The notes below the pieces were generated by a model. It was given only the letters and a program-made list of their open reading frames with translations, did no database searches and was not told the DNA's origin. DNA of 63,974 bases, filler included, from Octopus bimaculoides (taxonomy: Eukaryota): the NCBI RefSeq assembly GCF_001194135.2. It is 7 parts of 7 records of this genome, joined end to end, with 100 filler letters (N's around TTAATTAATTAA, not from the genome) between each part and the next. Parts side by side here need not be neighbours in the genome. Positions count along the whole stretch, not along the records: positions 62,690 to 63,974 come from NW_026400738.1; 6 more parts are not named here. One strand, 5' to 3'. This document shows positions 63,046-63,974 of this stretch, in pieces. The position numbers and the translations under genes are program-made. Each line of letters starts with the position of its first letter. Position 1 is the first letter of the stretch.

Positions 63046-63974
63046 TATATGTATTACAGCGAGCTTAATGAAATTACAGTCATTTCCAATAGTGAATCTA
63101 TCAGCTCTCAATTTAAAAAATTCAACTGATACAAAATGGAGTGCATCCTTCATTTGCATTCGATTTCTGTAAACTATTTACTTCTTCTCCTTGATTGAAT
63201 GGTTGCTTTCTTATACATGCTTTGTTCATCTCAATAAAACACGTTCCATCATATACGCTTTCATTGACATTGACCGCCATTTTGCTTTTATTCTACGCTA
63301 TATACATACTAAAAATACAATCACATATACGTAGATATATATAAGATGATAGATACATACATAGTCACGTACATACATACGCAAAACATACATGTTGACA
63401 CACTGGTCTATGTATATCTATGTATACANNNNNNNNNNNNNNNNNNNNNNNNNNNNNNNNNNNNNNNNNNNNNNNNNNNNNNNNNNNNNNNNNNNNNNNN
63501 NNNNNNNNNNNNNNNNNNNNNNNNNNNNNNNNNNNNNNNNNNNNNNNNNNNNNNNNNNNNNNNNNNNNNNNNNNNNNNNNNNNNNNNNNNNNNNNNNNNN
63601 NNNNNNNNNNNNNNNNNNNNNNNNNNNNNNNNNNNNNNNNNNNNNNNNNNNNNNNNNNNNNNNNNATGTATGTATGTATGTATGTATGTATGTATGTATG
63701 TATATGCGCACGCCTAGGTGTGTGTACGATGTGACTGCGAAACAGCCGTCACCCTATGGACATCAATTTGTGAAATAATTATATTCATCTCATACCTCCT
63801 AATTTGATTTATATTTTATATACTTTATATATTTATGTATAAAGGAACTTACGTACGTACGTATATATGAATGTATATATGCATGTATGTATGTACGTAC
63901 TTACGTAGGTGTGCATGTATGTATGTACTGTTATGAACAGAAATTTATGTATGCATTCGTAGAAACTCAAGTAT

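Noticed and set aside
1264-63778. Long ORFs made of X, YI/IY, CV or HT repeats in the ORF track
   Set aside because: They come from N gaps and microsatellites; no coding signal.

Overview
Repeat-dense, AT-rich animal genomic DNA from a gapped draft scaffold (many N runs, several containing the 12-mer TTAATTAATTAA). The SINE families and microsatellite load look like an octopus genome; this is inference from recalled repeat sequences, not a database search. There is one convincing protein-coding gene: an uninterrupted 495-aa type II membrane glycosyltransferase of family GT92/DUF23 (43863-45350, +). There is one intact tRNA-Pro(UGG) gene (55794-55865, -). The rest is mostly decayed mobile DNA: at least four SINE families (three with visible tRNA-like heads), RTE-clade LINE fragments, three Tc1/mariner remnants, a hAT-like transposase remnant, piggyBac-type MITEs, Helitron derivatives and a Penelope GIY-YIG fragment. 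The most interesting signal is a set of minimal hammerhead ribozyme (HHR) motifs. One has a fully canonical core (19438-19514) inside an inverted-repeat element. One degenerate copy sits downstream of a Pol III tRNA head, forming a tRNA-HHR SINE (18030-18278). One family carries a non-canonical CUGUNGA core. A roughly 28-kb CpG-depleted domain (about 23.8-52 kb, judged by eye) probably marks a methylated gene body around the GT92 exon. All alignments, folds and counts were done by eye.
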